DNA of 64,000 bases from a bacterium. Its GTDB lineage: Bacteria > Patescibacteriota > Dojkabacteria > SC72. Each line of letters starts with the position of its first letter. The stretch's first letter is position 1. Location of the stretch: assembly GCA_021108295.1 (NCBI GenBank), contig JAIORF010000005.1:8531-72530 (forward strand), written 5' to 3'. The position numbers and the translations under genes are program-made. This document shows positions 34,680-44,477 of the stretch, piece by piece. The notes under the pieces are model-generated. The model ran no database searches. It was not told where the DNA came from and saw only the letters and a list, made by a program, of their open reading frames with translations.

Positions 34680-37199
34680 CTAAAACCCCATTGGAGGGAA
34701 ACCACCACTCTTTGGTGCAGGTTTAACCTCTTTGTCTAGATCTGCTCTTCTCTTAATATCAGCATTAACCACATTAACATCCCTACCATACTTAGTCCTA
34801 GAAAGATTCTTAATAAGAGCAGAAGCCTCCTTATTAACCGTCATATCAAACCCTGACATAGGGAACTCACTACCATACAAAGTATTAAGAGAAAACGGAC
34901 CAGGATAGTTACCATTGCTAAGCATCTTCGCATAGTAATGACCCAAACCCTGATTAATCAAATCCCCAGCGGTAAGTATAGGGTCAAACTGAGGCTCTAA
35001 GAACTGACCATCCTCCGCACTACACCTTGAGATAAAGAGAGAACCCACATTACCAAATACAGCATCCTTAATGTTTTCTGGTAACTGCCCAATATACTGA
35101 TGAGCCATAGTCAAATTCAAACGATACTTCCTAGCTTCAGACAATATCGAACAAAAATCATCCGTTGCAAAATTCTGAAACTCATCAGCATAGAAAAAGA
35201 AATCCTTCCTCTGACCCTCCTCCACATCCTGCCTACTAAGTGCTGCTGCCAACATCTTCTGTACTAACAGAAGCCCCACAAAAGACATATTCTCCTCACC
35301 AAGAACTCCCTTAGAAAGATTTATGATAAGGATTTTTTGGTTATCCATTACATCTCTAAAATCAAAAGAGGATTTAGACTGACCAATGATATTCCTAATA
35401 GCTAAGTTGGTAGTAAACTTATCGAATTTGGAAATAAAGTAACCCAAACTCTCAGCCTTAGTCTTCTGATCGGTCTTAGCCACCTGATCTACCCAATATC
35501 TCTTTACCAACTCATCCTTGATGATAGGCAACCACTTATCCTTAACCCATTGCTCATCCTGTAAGACACGCACCACTTCGATAAGGGTAGAACCCTCCTC
35601 AGACATAACGGTAAGCATAGAATTACGTACAGCCTGTTGCATCATAGGACCAACAAACCCCTGATTATTCGGATCAAACATACGTAGAAGTAATGCAATA
35701 AAACTATTCACAATCTGATGCTTATGCTGCTCATTGTAATACTCCATAATATTTAGACCAAAAGGCCTATCAAAATCCCCGGCATTGAAATATATGACAT
35801 CCTCTACCCTCTCAGGAGGAATCCTCTCTAAAACCATCTCTGCAGTCTCACCGTGAGGATCGATAAAACAAACACCGTCACCATTGTAAATATCCTGCAC
35901 TATCATCCTAGTTAGAAGCCAAGACTTACCAGTACCTGTCTGACCAAGAATATATGAATGCCTCCTCCTATCAACCCTATTAAAACAAACCCTCTGCACC
36001 TTCCCCCTATACTCATTATTCCCCATCCATATCGTATCTATACTATCGATATCTTGACTAATCTCATTAGAAGCAGGTATCGCTCTAGAAAGTAGCCAAT
36101 GAATATTGGGAGTAGTGATCTCCTTGTTGGGGAAATGATACAGTGCTGCAAGCTCTTCAATATTTAACACAGTCTTACAATCTAGAGGAGTTCTCCTGTA
36201 GATAACATCATTCATAAAATCTTTTTCATCTTTCTTCTTAACCTTCTTCTTCTTCAGCTTATTAATCCCTGGATTACTAAACTGACTAAACGCACCTACA
36301 ATATTATCCAAATGCATCTTAGCTAATTCTTTACTCGGAGCACTAGCTACAATACGGATATCTGTAAGAAAACCAACCTTAGATATCTTCTTACTAATAT
36401 CCTGCATCTTCTCCTGAGACACCTCTATACGCTTCTTCTCAGGATCCGCATTATTAGACTCCACCTTACTCACAAACTTCTCACCATTCTTTCTCCACTT
36501 ACTACCTGCAGGAGACATCACTATCTGAATCATTGCACCCTCTCCATCTGACATCTTACTCATAGTGCTTAGGATATTTGAAAGAGGATCACCTTGAAAA
36601 TCTTCAGCAACTCTAATAGGGCAATAGTTGTCCTCCTCTAACTCCAACCTTGTATATTCTACATGCGTATTTTCATCAAATATATTGTAATCATTCACCT
36701 GCTTAACATCAGCATCTTGATATGATCCTAATATCTGCTTTTCTACTAACTCAGATAAATTCTTAGGACAGTGTACATAGAAACGTAACTCTCCGGGTAC
36801 AGCCATTATCTCAAAACTAATAGCATTGTTTACAGTAAAGTTCTCGGCTAAACCTTTCCCCCTACCCCCTATACTTGCTAAATTAGCAAACATCTTCTCA
36901 GCCTCCCCTATCTCTATCTCATTCACTCTAGGGACTCTTACTTCATAGAGTGTCCACTTCTTAGCTTTTTCATCTCTATCTTTCTTCTCAAGTTTCTTCT
37001 TAAGAACAAAGAAGAGAGCTATTAACATACCAAGGAACAGAAATACAAAGATTATCCATCCCCATGGAATATTTATATCATTAACATTGTAAGAATCTCT
37101 GGAATACTCAGTCTGTACACCTGGTAAAACAACATCAGAAGAAGGCGTAGGTCCCACCTGTGCAATTATTTCATCTTTAAGAAAATATTCTATACTCAT
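34680..37199 (-). CDS. T4SS-type P-loop ATPase, VirD4/TraG/TrwB-like coupling-protein family (VirB4 not excluded), with an N-terminal TM segment.
   Basis: TM WIIFVFLFLGMLIALFFVL. Walker A ILGQTGTGKSWLL is followed by FIDPHGE (DPxGE motif of VirB4/VirD4). Walker B/C-terminal motifs FFFYADEFQNF ... EARKYRLNLTMAHQYIGQL ... FGNVGSLFISR parallel the TraG/VirD4 LDEF..ARKYG..TQS..QL signatures. Confidence 0.65.
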   Translation of the reverse strand: MSIEYFLKDEIIAQVGPTPSSDVVLPGVQTEYSRDSYNVNDINIPWGWIIFVFLFLGMLIALFFVLKKKLEKKDRDEKAKKWTLYEVRVPRVNEIEIGEAEKMFANLASIGGRGKGLAENFTVNNAISFEIMAVPGELRFYVHCPKNLSELVEKQILGSYQDADVKQVNDYNIFDENTHVEYTRLELEEDNYCPIRVAEDFQGDPLSNILSTMSKMSDGEGAMIQIVMSPAGSKWRKNGEKFVSKVESNNADPEKKRIEVSQEKMQDISKKISKVGFLTDIRIVASAPSKELAKMHLDNIVGAFSQFSNPGINKLKKKKVKKKDEKDFMNDVIYRRTPLDCKTVLNIEELAALYHFPNKEITTPNIHWLLSRAIPASNEISQDIDSIDTIWMGNNEYRGKVQRVCFNRVDRRRHSYILGQTGTGKSWLLTRMIVQDIYNGDGVCFIDPHGETAEMVLERIPPERVEDVIYFNAGDFDRPFGLNIMEYYNEQHKHQIVNSFIALLLRMFDPNNQGFVGPMMQQAVRNSMLTVMSEEGSTLIEVVRVLQDEQWVKDKWLPIIKDELVKRYWVDQVAKTDQKTKAESLGYFISKFDKFTTNLAIRNIIGQSKSSFDFRDVMDNQKILIINLSKGVLGEENMSFVGLLLVQKMLAAALSRQDVEEGQRKDFFFYADEFQNFATDDFCSILSEARKYRLNLTMAHQYIGQLPENIKDAVFGNVGSLFISRCSAEDGQFLEPQFDPILTAGDLINQGLGHYYAKMLSNGNYPGPFSLNTLYGSEFPMSGFDMTVNKEASALIKNLSRTKYGRDVNVVNADIKRRADLDKEVKPAPKSGGFPPMGF

Positions 37200-37253
37200 A
37201 TTGAGTACAGTTTAGCATAGAAAATGGAAGTTGAGAATTTTATTTATACAAGA

Positions 37254-37577
37254 CTAATTATTACAAAAGGAATAACCAAATGGTACTGCTCCTTCTGATT
37301 TCTCCTTTACTAACCCAGAAAATGTTGTCTCTGTTACAGGGTCGTCGAGATCCTTCTGAGAAACTAAAGTCTCACTTACTGGTATATTTGCTTGAGCAAT
37401 AGCACTAGCACCACTTGCAATCTTTGGAGTTTGCGTATTCTCACCTACTTCAGCAGTTTTAGTAGGAACTACTCCTACACCCTCTAAACTTGAAGGTACT
37501 TCTACTTGAATAGGCTCTTGATTTGTTTCTATTGTATTTGGATCCATAGGAGCAGTCATCCTATTTAAATTACTCAT
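37254..37577 (-). CDS. Hypothetical small protein, low complexity.
   Basis: 107-aa ORF starting 11 nt downstream of the smpB stop. No recognisable motifs. Confidence 0.35.
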   Translation of the reverse strand: MSNLNRMTAPMDPNTIETNQEPIQVEVPSSLEGVGVVPTKTAEVGENTQTPKIASGASAIAQANIPVSETLVSQKDLDDPVTETTFSGLVKEKSEGAVPFGYSFCNN

Positions 37578-37588
37578 AACCTATAACA

Positions 37589-38032
37589 TTATACCATATA
37601 CTTTCTCTTCACTCTAGCCATATCCCTCTTTACATCCCTATCCTTCTCTACATTCTTCTTCTCATGTTTCCTCTTACCCTTCCCCAATCCTACTTGAACC
37701 TTAATAAGATTTCTAGTGGTATATACACTAACCGGTATTAAAGCTAACCTTCCCTGCTTAAGCTTGACCTCCAACTGATCTATTTCCCTTCTCTTCACAA
37801 GCAACCGTCTACTCCTAGCACTATCATAGTCAGGATTACCATCATACTTATACCTAGCAATATCTGCATTGACTAGCCATAATTGGTTATCAATAATCTT
37901 AACGTAAGCATCAGAAAGATTGCACCTACCGCCCCTGATAGACTTAACCTCTGCGCCAGTCAACACAATACCAGCCTCAAAGGTGTCCTTAATCTCATAA
38001 TTGAAATATGCTTTCTTATTAGTAATTTTCAT
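37589..38032 (-). CDS. smpB: SsrA-binding protein SmpB.
   Basis: Canonical SmpB sequence: KKAYFNYEIKDTFEAGIVLTGAEVKSIRGGRCNLSDAYV...DGNPDYDSARSRRLLVKRREI...GLGKGKRKHEKK. Confidence 0.9.
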   Translation of the reverse strand: MKITNKKAYFNYEIKDTFEAGIVLTGAEVKSIRGGRCNLSDAYVKIIDNQLWLVNADIARYKYDGNPDYDSARSRRLLVKRREIDQLEVKLKQGRLALIPVSVYTTRNLIKVQVGLGKGKRKHEKKNVEKDRDVKRDMARVKRKYMV

Positions 38033-38043
38033 ACACGATTATA

Positions 38044-40218
38044 CTACAAACCCATTCTCCATACATTATTACCATCAAGAATATACATATACTCCTCACT
38101 CCTGTCGATAACAATATCCTTCACATCACTCCACATATCTTCATCTGGACCCCTATACACATACTGATTAAGAAGAACTAACTGATCAGGATGCAATTTA
38201 TCATTATATGAGTCTCTCGGCTTTTCAAACCTTAAAATCCTCCTATTCGTACTATCAAACACATACAAACCAAATTCCTGATTTACAGTAGTATCACCAC
38301 AACACAAATCCCCAAGTTCTCCCTCTACACCAAGTATCTCAACTGGTCTAGGATCACCCGCAGTATATCTCAATATTCCACTATTCCCAGACGCAAGGGC
38401 ATAGATACTGAAATCTGCAAAAAAATCAGTAGTACCTACAAGCCCAGAATCCTCTACGGACTTTACAGTACTACTACTATACCCAGAACCATAGTTGACA
38501 CTCTTTGATATCTTCCCATTCACATTATCAAGATAGTAGAGGTTATCACCATAGACACCAAACTCAGCAACCATATCTATCTTAATATTCCCAATACCAG
38601 CCCCTATTATCCTCCTAAAAGACCTCCAGCCAGAATCCTGCTTAGAAGCCTTCACTACGCCAGACTGTGCATCAAAAATATAGATACTGGAATCCTCCCC
38701 AATGTCTACAAACATAGGCTCTTTTAAAAGCCCTTCATCATCTACTAGCTTCTCTTTCTTCTTTTCGAAAATTGATACACGATATACTTCACCTCTCCCC
38801 TTATCAGTAACTATCAATATCTCATTACCCGAATCATCGAGGATATATTTTATATCCATAAATTCAGAATTGTCCTCAAAAAAGCCAACCAAAGACTCTG
38901 GTGTAACTTCCACCCTCTTATACAAACTGTCCTCTACTCCCAAGGCTTCTTCCTCAAGGGTATGTAATCTGTCAATATATTCCTGATCTATACCATCAGG
39001 GACTTCAGAAAGAAGAGTGTTCACAGAGAACAGTATTACCTCAGCACCATCCCTATCTGTACTCAACTTCTCTTTAGCAATATCCAACTTACTCTCAGCC
39101 TCTTCAAACTTCTCTTCTGCTAAAACATGCAAATCTCTTAATTCTTTCTGTTTCCTTGTATATTGATAACCTCCTACTAGAAGTATGACAGCGAAGGTTG
39201 CCAATATCACTATCTTAAACCTTTTAATCTTCACATTCTTAACCTTGTACCCATCTATCCTCATATTAATTCTCTTACCGCTTCTCAGCCTCTTTTCAGA
39301 GACCTTTGCAGTATACTTCTTAAACCACGTCTTGTTACCAAACTTCTTAACTACCAATATATTTACCTTAGAAAAGGACTTCTTAAAGATTCCCACAATA
39401 TCACTACACTTCTTACTAAGAAAACTGTATCCCTTTTGGAATAGGGTAATAGCTTTTGTAATATATTTCTTAACCCCAATCTTCTTTACTTCAGGCTTAA
39501 TCTCCTTAGGTAAAATTACAGGAGAAACACTCTCTACACTCTTAGGGGTATTCTCTTTCACTACTGGTTCAGATTCTATCTTTATATCTCCCTCTGTATG
39601 AAGACACAACATTCCTTGGTCTGGAAGAAGAGTCTTACCCAACAAGTTTAATCCTTTCAATATCTCCCCTTTATCACCCTTCCCTACCAATACATGCATA
39701 TTTTCAGTAAGTAGAGACGATGTAGATACTACAACAAGGTCTTCGCTGTCTATAGAGAAGCCAGCTGTCTGAGCACTACTCTTTTCTAAAACATCTATAA
39801 TATTTACAATCTTTCCACCCTTGTAAACAAATATCTCGTTCTCCCCAAGGTTGGCAATATATACCCCTTCTTTGGTAGGAGCTATGATGACAAGACTAAT
39901 ATCTATCCCCCTCTGTTCCAAGCTCTTACTGTTACGCATCAATTCTTTTAATCTTCGTGTAAATTCTACAGTTGCTGCTTTAAGTGACTCTGAAATAGAT
40001 TTTGTACTAGAGTACATATAGCCTTCAACTACACCGTCCCAAGCCATATGGGCAACTCTCTCTGCTGGGAAATCTTGTTCACTTGATATCTCTAAAAGAG
40101 CATATAGTTCTCCCTCTTTTATAGATTTAACCCCTGAAGTCTTTACATATCTAAATACTCCAACAAAGGAGTTTCCTTTCTCACTATTCCTAATATATTT
40201 TACTGAAGTAACTGACAT
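38044..40218 (-). CDS. Hypothetical bitopic membrane protein (724 aa). The C-terminal half has four hYhhD blade-like repeats (beta-propeller-like).
   Basis: Central TM FKIVILATFAVILLVGGYQY. C-terminal repeats IYIFD, LYYLD, LYVFD and MYILD are spaced like propeller blades. No catalytic motif recognised. Confidence 0.55.
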   Translation of the reverse strand: MSVTSVKYIRNSEKGNSFVGVFRYVKTSGVKSIKEGELYALLEISSEQDFPAERVAHMAWDGVVEGYMYSSTKSISESLKAATVEFTRRLKELMRNSKSLEQRGIDISLVIIAPTKEGVYIANLGENEIFVYKGGKIVNIIDVLEKSSAQTAGFSIDSEDLVVVSTSSLLTENMHVLVGKGDKGEILKGLNLLGKTLLPDQGMLCLHTEGDIKIESEPVVKENTPKSVESVSPVILPKEIKPEVKKIGVKKYITKAITLFQKGYSFLSKKCSDIVGIFKKSFSKVNILVVKKFGNKTWFKKYTAKVSEKRLRSGKRINMRIDGYKVKNVKIKRFKIVILATFAVILLVGGYQYTRKQKELRDLHVLAEEKFEEAESKLDIAKEKLSTDRDGAEVILFSVNTLLSEVPDGIDQEYIDRLHTLEEEALGVEDSLYKRVEVTPESLVGFFEDNSEFMDIKYILDDSGNEILIVTDKGRGEVYRVSIFEKKKEKLVDDEGLLKEPMFVDIGEDSSIYIFDAQSGVVKASKQDSGWRSFRRIIGAGIGNIKIDMVAEFGVYGDNLYYLDNVNGKISKSVNYGSGYSSSTVKSVEDSGLVGTTDFFADFSIYALASGNSGILRYTAGDPRPVEILGVEGELGDLCCGDTTVNQEFGLYVFDSTNRRILRFEKPRDSYNDKLHPDQLVLLNQYVYRGPDEDMWSDVKDIVIDRSEEYMYILDGNNVWRMGL

Positions 40219-40227
40219 ACAACTACT

Positions 40228-40482
40228 TTAGAGTAGAATTAATATGAATGCTAATATCCCACCTCCTATAGATACAAAGATATTCAGCATTATCATTTGT
40301 TTTGTAATATCATTCTTAGCAACATGGAGAGTATCTCTAAGTACTCTAACCTTAAGGATGAGCATAAAGGCGTAGAAGATAATGGCAAAGAGTAAAATCC
40401 CTACAAAGAGTTTCATTGCCCCATCAGCGAATGAAAAACCTGGGTTAAAGTCAGTGTACATACTTGTATATTCAATATCCAT
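40228..40482 (-). CDS. Small membrane protein (84 aa, two TM segments).
   Basis: Hydrophobic segments LFVGILLFAIIFYAFMLIL and IFVSIGGGILAFILILL. Confidence 0.45.
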   Translation of the reverse strand: MDIEYTSMYTDFNPGFSFADGAMKLFVGILLFAIIFYAFMLILKVRVLRDTLHVAKNDITKQMIMLNIFVSIGGGILAFILILL

Positions 40483-40491
40483 ATTTCCTCC

Positions 40492-41118
40492 TTACAACTT
40501 CCCCTTGTGGGTAAGTTCTACTAAATTATCGATAACATCCTGAACATCTCTTGGGCAAGGTACAAAGGTAAGCGTCAGGTCAACTCCTTCTCCTGCAGTA
40601 TCTATATACATATTTCCAAGATCAAGCATTGAGCTAAGTGGTCCTACACTGTCATGGCTAACATCTTGAACTTTTCTCCAGAGGATTTCTATATAGTCGT
40701 GCTGAAATACGTTTGCAACCGTTAAAGCAACAATTTTCTTATCCGTGATTATAGAAACATTGTAGTACCACTGCATAAAGGCTGTCACCAAGATGTTTGC
40801 AGATATCACTACAGACACAACAAAGAGTCCTAAATACAAAGTAGTACCACCGTAGGTATCAGAAATCTTGTGTGTAACAAGAAGCAGAACTAATGGTACT
40901 ATTAAAACAATTAGGGCTAGGAGTACGTGAGCAAGGTATGCAATCCAGTGTCTTCGAACAACAAGTATAACTTCTTCATCTTGAGCTTTTCTTGCAAACC
41001 CAACATTCTTAGGAAAAAGCTTTAAGGTTCTATCTTCCTCTTTTCCATTTGCAAGATTATTTATAAAGGTAAATTCCTTATTCCTAAACTTCTTTGGTAT
41101 GCTTGTTTTCTGTGCCAT
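40492..41118 (-). CDS. Membrane protein with a bacterial PH-like (YdbS/YdbT-type) topology.
   Basis: A hydrophobic hairpin (VLLALIVLIVPLVLLLV ... LYLGLFVVSVVISANILVTAF) is followed by a ~90-aa soluble domain, as in bPH_2 proteins. Confidence 0.5.
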   Translation of the reverse strand: MAQKTSIPKKFRNKEFTFINNLANGKEEDRTLKLFPKNVGFARKAQDEEVILVVRRHWIAYLAHVLLALIVLIVPLVLLLVTHKISDTYGGTTLYLGLFVVSVVISANILVTAFMQWYYNVSIITDKKIVALTVANVFQHDYIEILWRKVQDVSHDSVGPLSSMLDLGNMYIDTAGEGVDLTLTFVPCPRDVQDVIDNLVELTHKGKL

Positions 41119-41210
41119 AGTATATATTAAGATATCACAGAACTAGCTTCAGGACAAGGAATTAAGGGGTACTAATATGCACTTTAAAAGCCTTCGTGGC
41201 CTCCTATTCT

Positions 41211-43061
41211 CTAATTCTTCTCAACATTGACATGCACAAACCCACTCTGAGGAATTCTTAGATGACCAGGGGCTCTCATATTGTAAATTGTTTTGAAATC
41301 ATTACCACTCATAGAGAATGATCCTGCGTTAGTGTAGAAAGTTACATTGCTTGTAGATCCATTACTGCTAGTTGAAACAGAGGTAGATACAGATGTAACA
41401 GGTTTAGCAGCTAAGTTTCTTAATTCAGAATGAGAGTAAGGGTTGGCACCTGATGGAGGATTTCCTCTTAAACGACAAGGATCGTTGATCGTGATAGGGA
41501 CGATTCTACTATCACTCCTATTATGCGCAACCCATACCTGATACGCATTGATAATGTCTGACATTTCTGCCTGAGTTAACCAAGGATTACGGTAACAACT
41601 ATCCCAATTTACAGAATTACCATAGGTATATGAATACCTATACCATGTCTTGTAAAACCAAGATACTCCAGAAATACTGTCATATGCATTAGCCATCCAA
41701 TCACCATTCCCATTCCCAGTAGTAGTATCCCAACCAGATGTATTACTCCACCCACCATGTACAGCTGCATATTGAGTAGACGAAGGCCTTCCAGCAGAGT
41801 CAGTAAGTATCACTCCCCTTGTTGCCTCTACAGCATCTGCCCAAGCTCCAGTTTTCTTAGTTGTACCTACAACTTGGCAATATTCATTCGTACATATTGA
41901 CCTATCTCCATTCCCTGTGTAATTAACAGCGTAGGTTCTTGCAGCAATAACTTGGGCCTTAAGTGCTTCCAAAGGGAAATATTCTGGCATTTCACCAAGC
42001 CTTAAGAGATAATCATCCTCAAAGTTTAGTGTTCCATATGTTGTTGTTGAAATATTGGTCATAATGTTCTCTGGGCTACTGTGTATTAACACTGTACCTG
42101 TTCGAAGAGTCTTGCCAGGATAGTATTGATTCAGTAACTGAGTATAACTCTGCCCTGCATCTGCTCTAGCTCTTGCCCCCCACTGACTCATACCATTCCT
42201 GTGTGTATATGCACCAACAGAGAACACTGCGAAAGTATTGCTAGGAGCATTGGCCCTAAACCCAGCCAAAGAACCATTAACATCCGAACTACTAGCAGGT
42301 ACCGAATTACTATTCACATTTGTACCACCCTGCCTTACTATCAACAACTGATACTGCAAGTCAGACAGCTCTGCCTTAAGACCATTCACTGTCCTACTCA
42401 CCAAATCCCTACTATTGTACTTCTCATTCAACTCACTCTGTAACTTGTTCTTCTCTGCCATCAAAAGATCGTAAGAATCATCCAGCTCTCCCCTCTGCTC
42501 ATCTAACTCCTTCTTCTCGTCCTCTAACTCCTGTTTAAGATTATTCAAACTCTCAAACTCTCCAGTAATCCCTGCAATCTCATCCTTAAGTACAGATATT
42601 GCAGTCCTTTTTATGTAATACGATTGCATTACATCCTCTATACGACCACTTGAGAAAAGGAAATCTACAGAACTAACCCTACTCTCCATGTATAGTTGAC
42701 TAGATATCGAAGAAAGAGAACCCTTCTTCTCAAGCAGGATTTTTTCCTTAGCCTCTATCTCCTCCAACTTCTCATCTATCTCTTCGTCCTTAGTATCTAT
42801 CTCTTCTTGCATATCACTAATCTCACTATTAAGAAGGTCAATCTTTTGAGTAACCGAGTAATTGCTATTGGAAATTTCAGAAATCCTAGCCTCAATACTT
42901 TCCAAAAGAGACTCGTTCTCCTCTAACTCATCCTGTGTATCCCCTATCTCATCCTCTAAGTCATCTTCAGCACCAGAGTAGACAAAACTATATTGCGAAA
43001 AGAAAAAGAAGGAAAGGATTATTAAAAAGAAAGATAGTTGTAATATTGGCAGTTTTCTCAT
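41211..43061 (-). CDS. Secreted coiled-coil protein with a SpoIID/LytB-type peptidoglycan-remodelling domain.
   Basis: Signal/TM FFLIILSFFFFSQYSFVYS, long acidic coiled coil, then TFAVFSVGAYTHRNGMSQWGARARADAGQSYTQLLNQYYPG containing the SpoIID/LytB GMSQWGA signature. Confidence 0.7.
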   Translation of the reverse strand: MRKLPILQLSFFLIILSFFFFSQYSFVYSGAEDDLEDEIGDTQDELEENESLLESIEARISEISNSNYSVTQKIDLLNSEISDMQEEIDTKDEEIDEKLEEIEAKEKILLEKKGSLSSISSQLYMESRVSSVDFLFSSGRIEDVMQSYYIKRTAISVLKDEIAGITGEFESLNNLKQELEDEKKELDEQRGELDDSYDLLMAEKNKLQSELNEKYNSRDLVSRTVNGLKAELSDLQYQLLIVRQGGTNVNSNSVPASSSDVNGSLAGFRANAPSNTFAVFSVGAYTHRNGMSQWGARARADAGQSYTQLLNQYYPGKTLRTGTVLIHSSPENIMTNISTTTYGTLNFEDDYLLRLGEMPEYFPLEALKAQVIAARTYAVNYTGNGDRSICTNEYCQVVGTTKKTGAWADAVEATRGVILTDSAGRPSSTQYAAVHGGWSNTSGWDTTTGNGNGDWMANAYDSISGVSWFYKTWYRYSYTYGNSVNWDSCYRNPWLTQAEMSDIINAYQVWVAHNRSDSRIVPITINDPCRLRGNPPSGANPYSHSELRNLAAKPVTSVSTSVSTSSNGSTSNVTFYTNAGSFSMSGNDFKTIYNMRAPGHLRIPQSGFVHVNVEKN

Positions 43062-43073
43062 TACACAATTATC

Positions 43074-43442
43074 CTACATTCCCACTATGTAATCAACTAG
43101 ACCTTGAATCAACAAACCAACGAGAAGAAGAAGTACCAAACCAATGATGGCCCAAGTAAGAGTCGCTTGTGCTTGTTTTATTTTCTCAGGATCTCCTGCA
43201 GAAGACATCCACTTATACCCACCAAGGATTACCATGAGGACGGCAAGTAGTATACCAAGAGGAACAAGACTGTCAATAAGACTATCAAAGTTATCAAACA
43301 GATCCGCTAACTTCGGTGGAGAGTAGGTAGAGGAACTCATGTCCTCTCTCTCCCAGGGTTGCAATAGTTCATTCGGCCGAGCCGATGGAGCTGACGGAGT
43401 CGGTGGAGATGTTGTACTGGCAATAATAGCGTTAAACTTCAT
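43074..43442 (-). CDS. TrbC/VirB2-like T4SS pilin-family protein (CPR T4SS_pilin type), paralog 1. ORF open to 43454; the Met at 43442 avoids overlap.
   Basis: Two TM helices flank LGGYKWMSSAGDPEKIKQAQATLTWAIIGLVLLLLVGLL. This is the conserved core G-Y-x-(W/F/Y)-(I/M)-x-S-A-G-D-P-E-K shared with the four neighbouring paralogs. Confidence 0.7.
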   Translation of the reverse strand: MKFNAIIASTTSPPTPSAPSARPNELLQPWEREDMSSSTYSPPKLADLFDNFDSLIDSLVPLGILLAVLMVILGGYKWMSSAGDPEKIKQAQATLTWAIIGLVLLLLVGLLIQGLVDYIVGM

Positions 43443-43443
43443 C

Positions 43444-43716
43444 TTATATTCCAATATTTAATTGATCTACTACAAACTTCACCAAAAGCGGAGCAACAAA
43501 CACTATTACCAAACCAATCAATGCAAACATTAAAGACTTAGTTGCACTCTGTATCTTGTCCTCATCACCCATTGCAAAGATATATTTGAAACCAGAAATG
43601 ATTAGAGCCACAACAGCAAGTAATACAGACAAACCTATTGCATAATTCAAAACATATTGAATAAAGGCTTCAAGGTTCTCATACGTTGTTGGATTAGTAA
43701 CAATACTAAAGTCCAT
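43444..43716 (-). CDS. TrbC/VirB2-like pilin-family protein, paralog 2.
   Basis: IISGFKYIFAMGDEDKIQSATKSLMFALIGLVIVFV flanked by TM helices. Confidence 0.7.
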   Translation of the reverse strand: MDFSIVTNPTTYENLEAFIQYVLNYAIGLSVLLAVVALIISGFKYIFAMGDEDKIQSATKSLMFALIGLVIVFVAPLLVKFVVDQLNIGI

Positions 43717-43728
43717 ATAACTCCTTTC

Positions 43729-44073
43729 CTATTCTGCTACCCCTTGTCCAAGAATATCTGATAATACAAAGGTTACTAACATCGCTGCTACAAAACAGAT
43801 TACCAAACCAATGATTGCAAATGTTAATGACTTTGTTGCTTTCTCAACCTTGGCTTCGTCACCACCAGCGGTAATGTACATATAACCAGAAGCGATTAGA
43901 ATTGCTACACATGCTACAGCTGCAGTACCTACTGCAAAGTTAAGACCATCCTTAACAAATTCCCCAAGAGTCCCACTTACTGTATCAATCTCAACAATAT
44001 CAACCAACTGTGCAGATACTGTACTAAGTGCTAGAACTGGATATGTTGCTAATGTTGCTAATATCTTTTTCAT
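43729..44073 (-). CDS. TrbC/VirB2-like pilin-family protein, paralog 3, with a signal peptide.
   Basis: MKKILATLATYPVLALSTVSA ... ILIASGYMYITAGGDEAKVEKATKSLTFAIIGLVICFVAAMLV. Confidence 0.7.
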   Translation of the reverse strand: MKKILATLATYPVLALSTVSAQLVDIVEIDTVSGTLGEFVKDGLNFAVGTAAVACVAILIASGYMYITAGGDEAKVEKATKSLTFAIIGLVICFVAAMLVTFVLSDILGQGVAE

Positions 44074-44139
44074 AAATAGATAATTATAAATAATTTATAT
44101 AGTATAGATTTTATCAAACATAACTAATTATATCAATAT

Positions 44140-44475
44140 CTAACCTGTATAACCAACAAACTCCAATAACCATTTGACCACCATTCCTGCAATCCAGACT
44201 ACCACTAAACCAACCACAGCACCCGTTAAAGTCCTCTGCCCCTGCTCTGCCTTCTCTGGATCCCCTGCAGAAAAAATAAAGGTATAACCACCAACAATAA
44301 TCATTGCAACTGCCACTACAGAACCCAAACCTATTAAAACATTAATCAAAGAAGTGGCATCATCAAAAACATCTTTGATAGACAACCACTTACCATCAAT
44401 AGGGACATCTACATTAACACCACCAATGATGACAAAAAGCCTCTTATTTAAATACTTTGTTATTTTCTTCCTCAT
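44140..44475 (-). CDS. TrbC/VirB2-like pilin-family protein, paralog 4.
   Basis: MIIVGGYTFIFSAGDPEKAEQGQRTLTGAVVGLVVVWIAGMVV. Confidence 0.7.
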   Translation of the reverse strand: MRKKITKYLNKRLFVIIGGVNVDVPIDGKWLSIKDVFDDATSLINVLIGLGSVVAVAMIIVGGYTFIFSAGDPEKAEQGQRTLTGAVVGLVVVWIAGMVVKWLLEFVGYTG

Positions 44476-44477
44476 AC

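Noticed and set aside
37883-38167. 94-aa + strand ORF over the smpB start region.
   Set aside because: Antisense to smpB and the 724-aa gene junction. Spurious.
38044-40218. N-terminal half of the 724-aa membrane protein as a PP2C/SpoIIE-type phosphatase.
   Set aside because: No DGHGG or metal-binding Asp motifs found. Only a loose length and secondary-structure resemblance, so called hypothetical.
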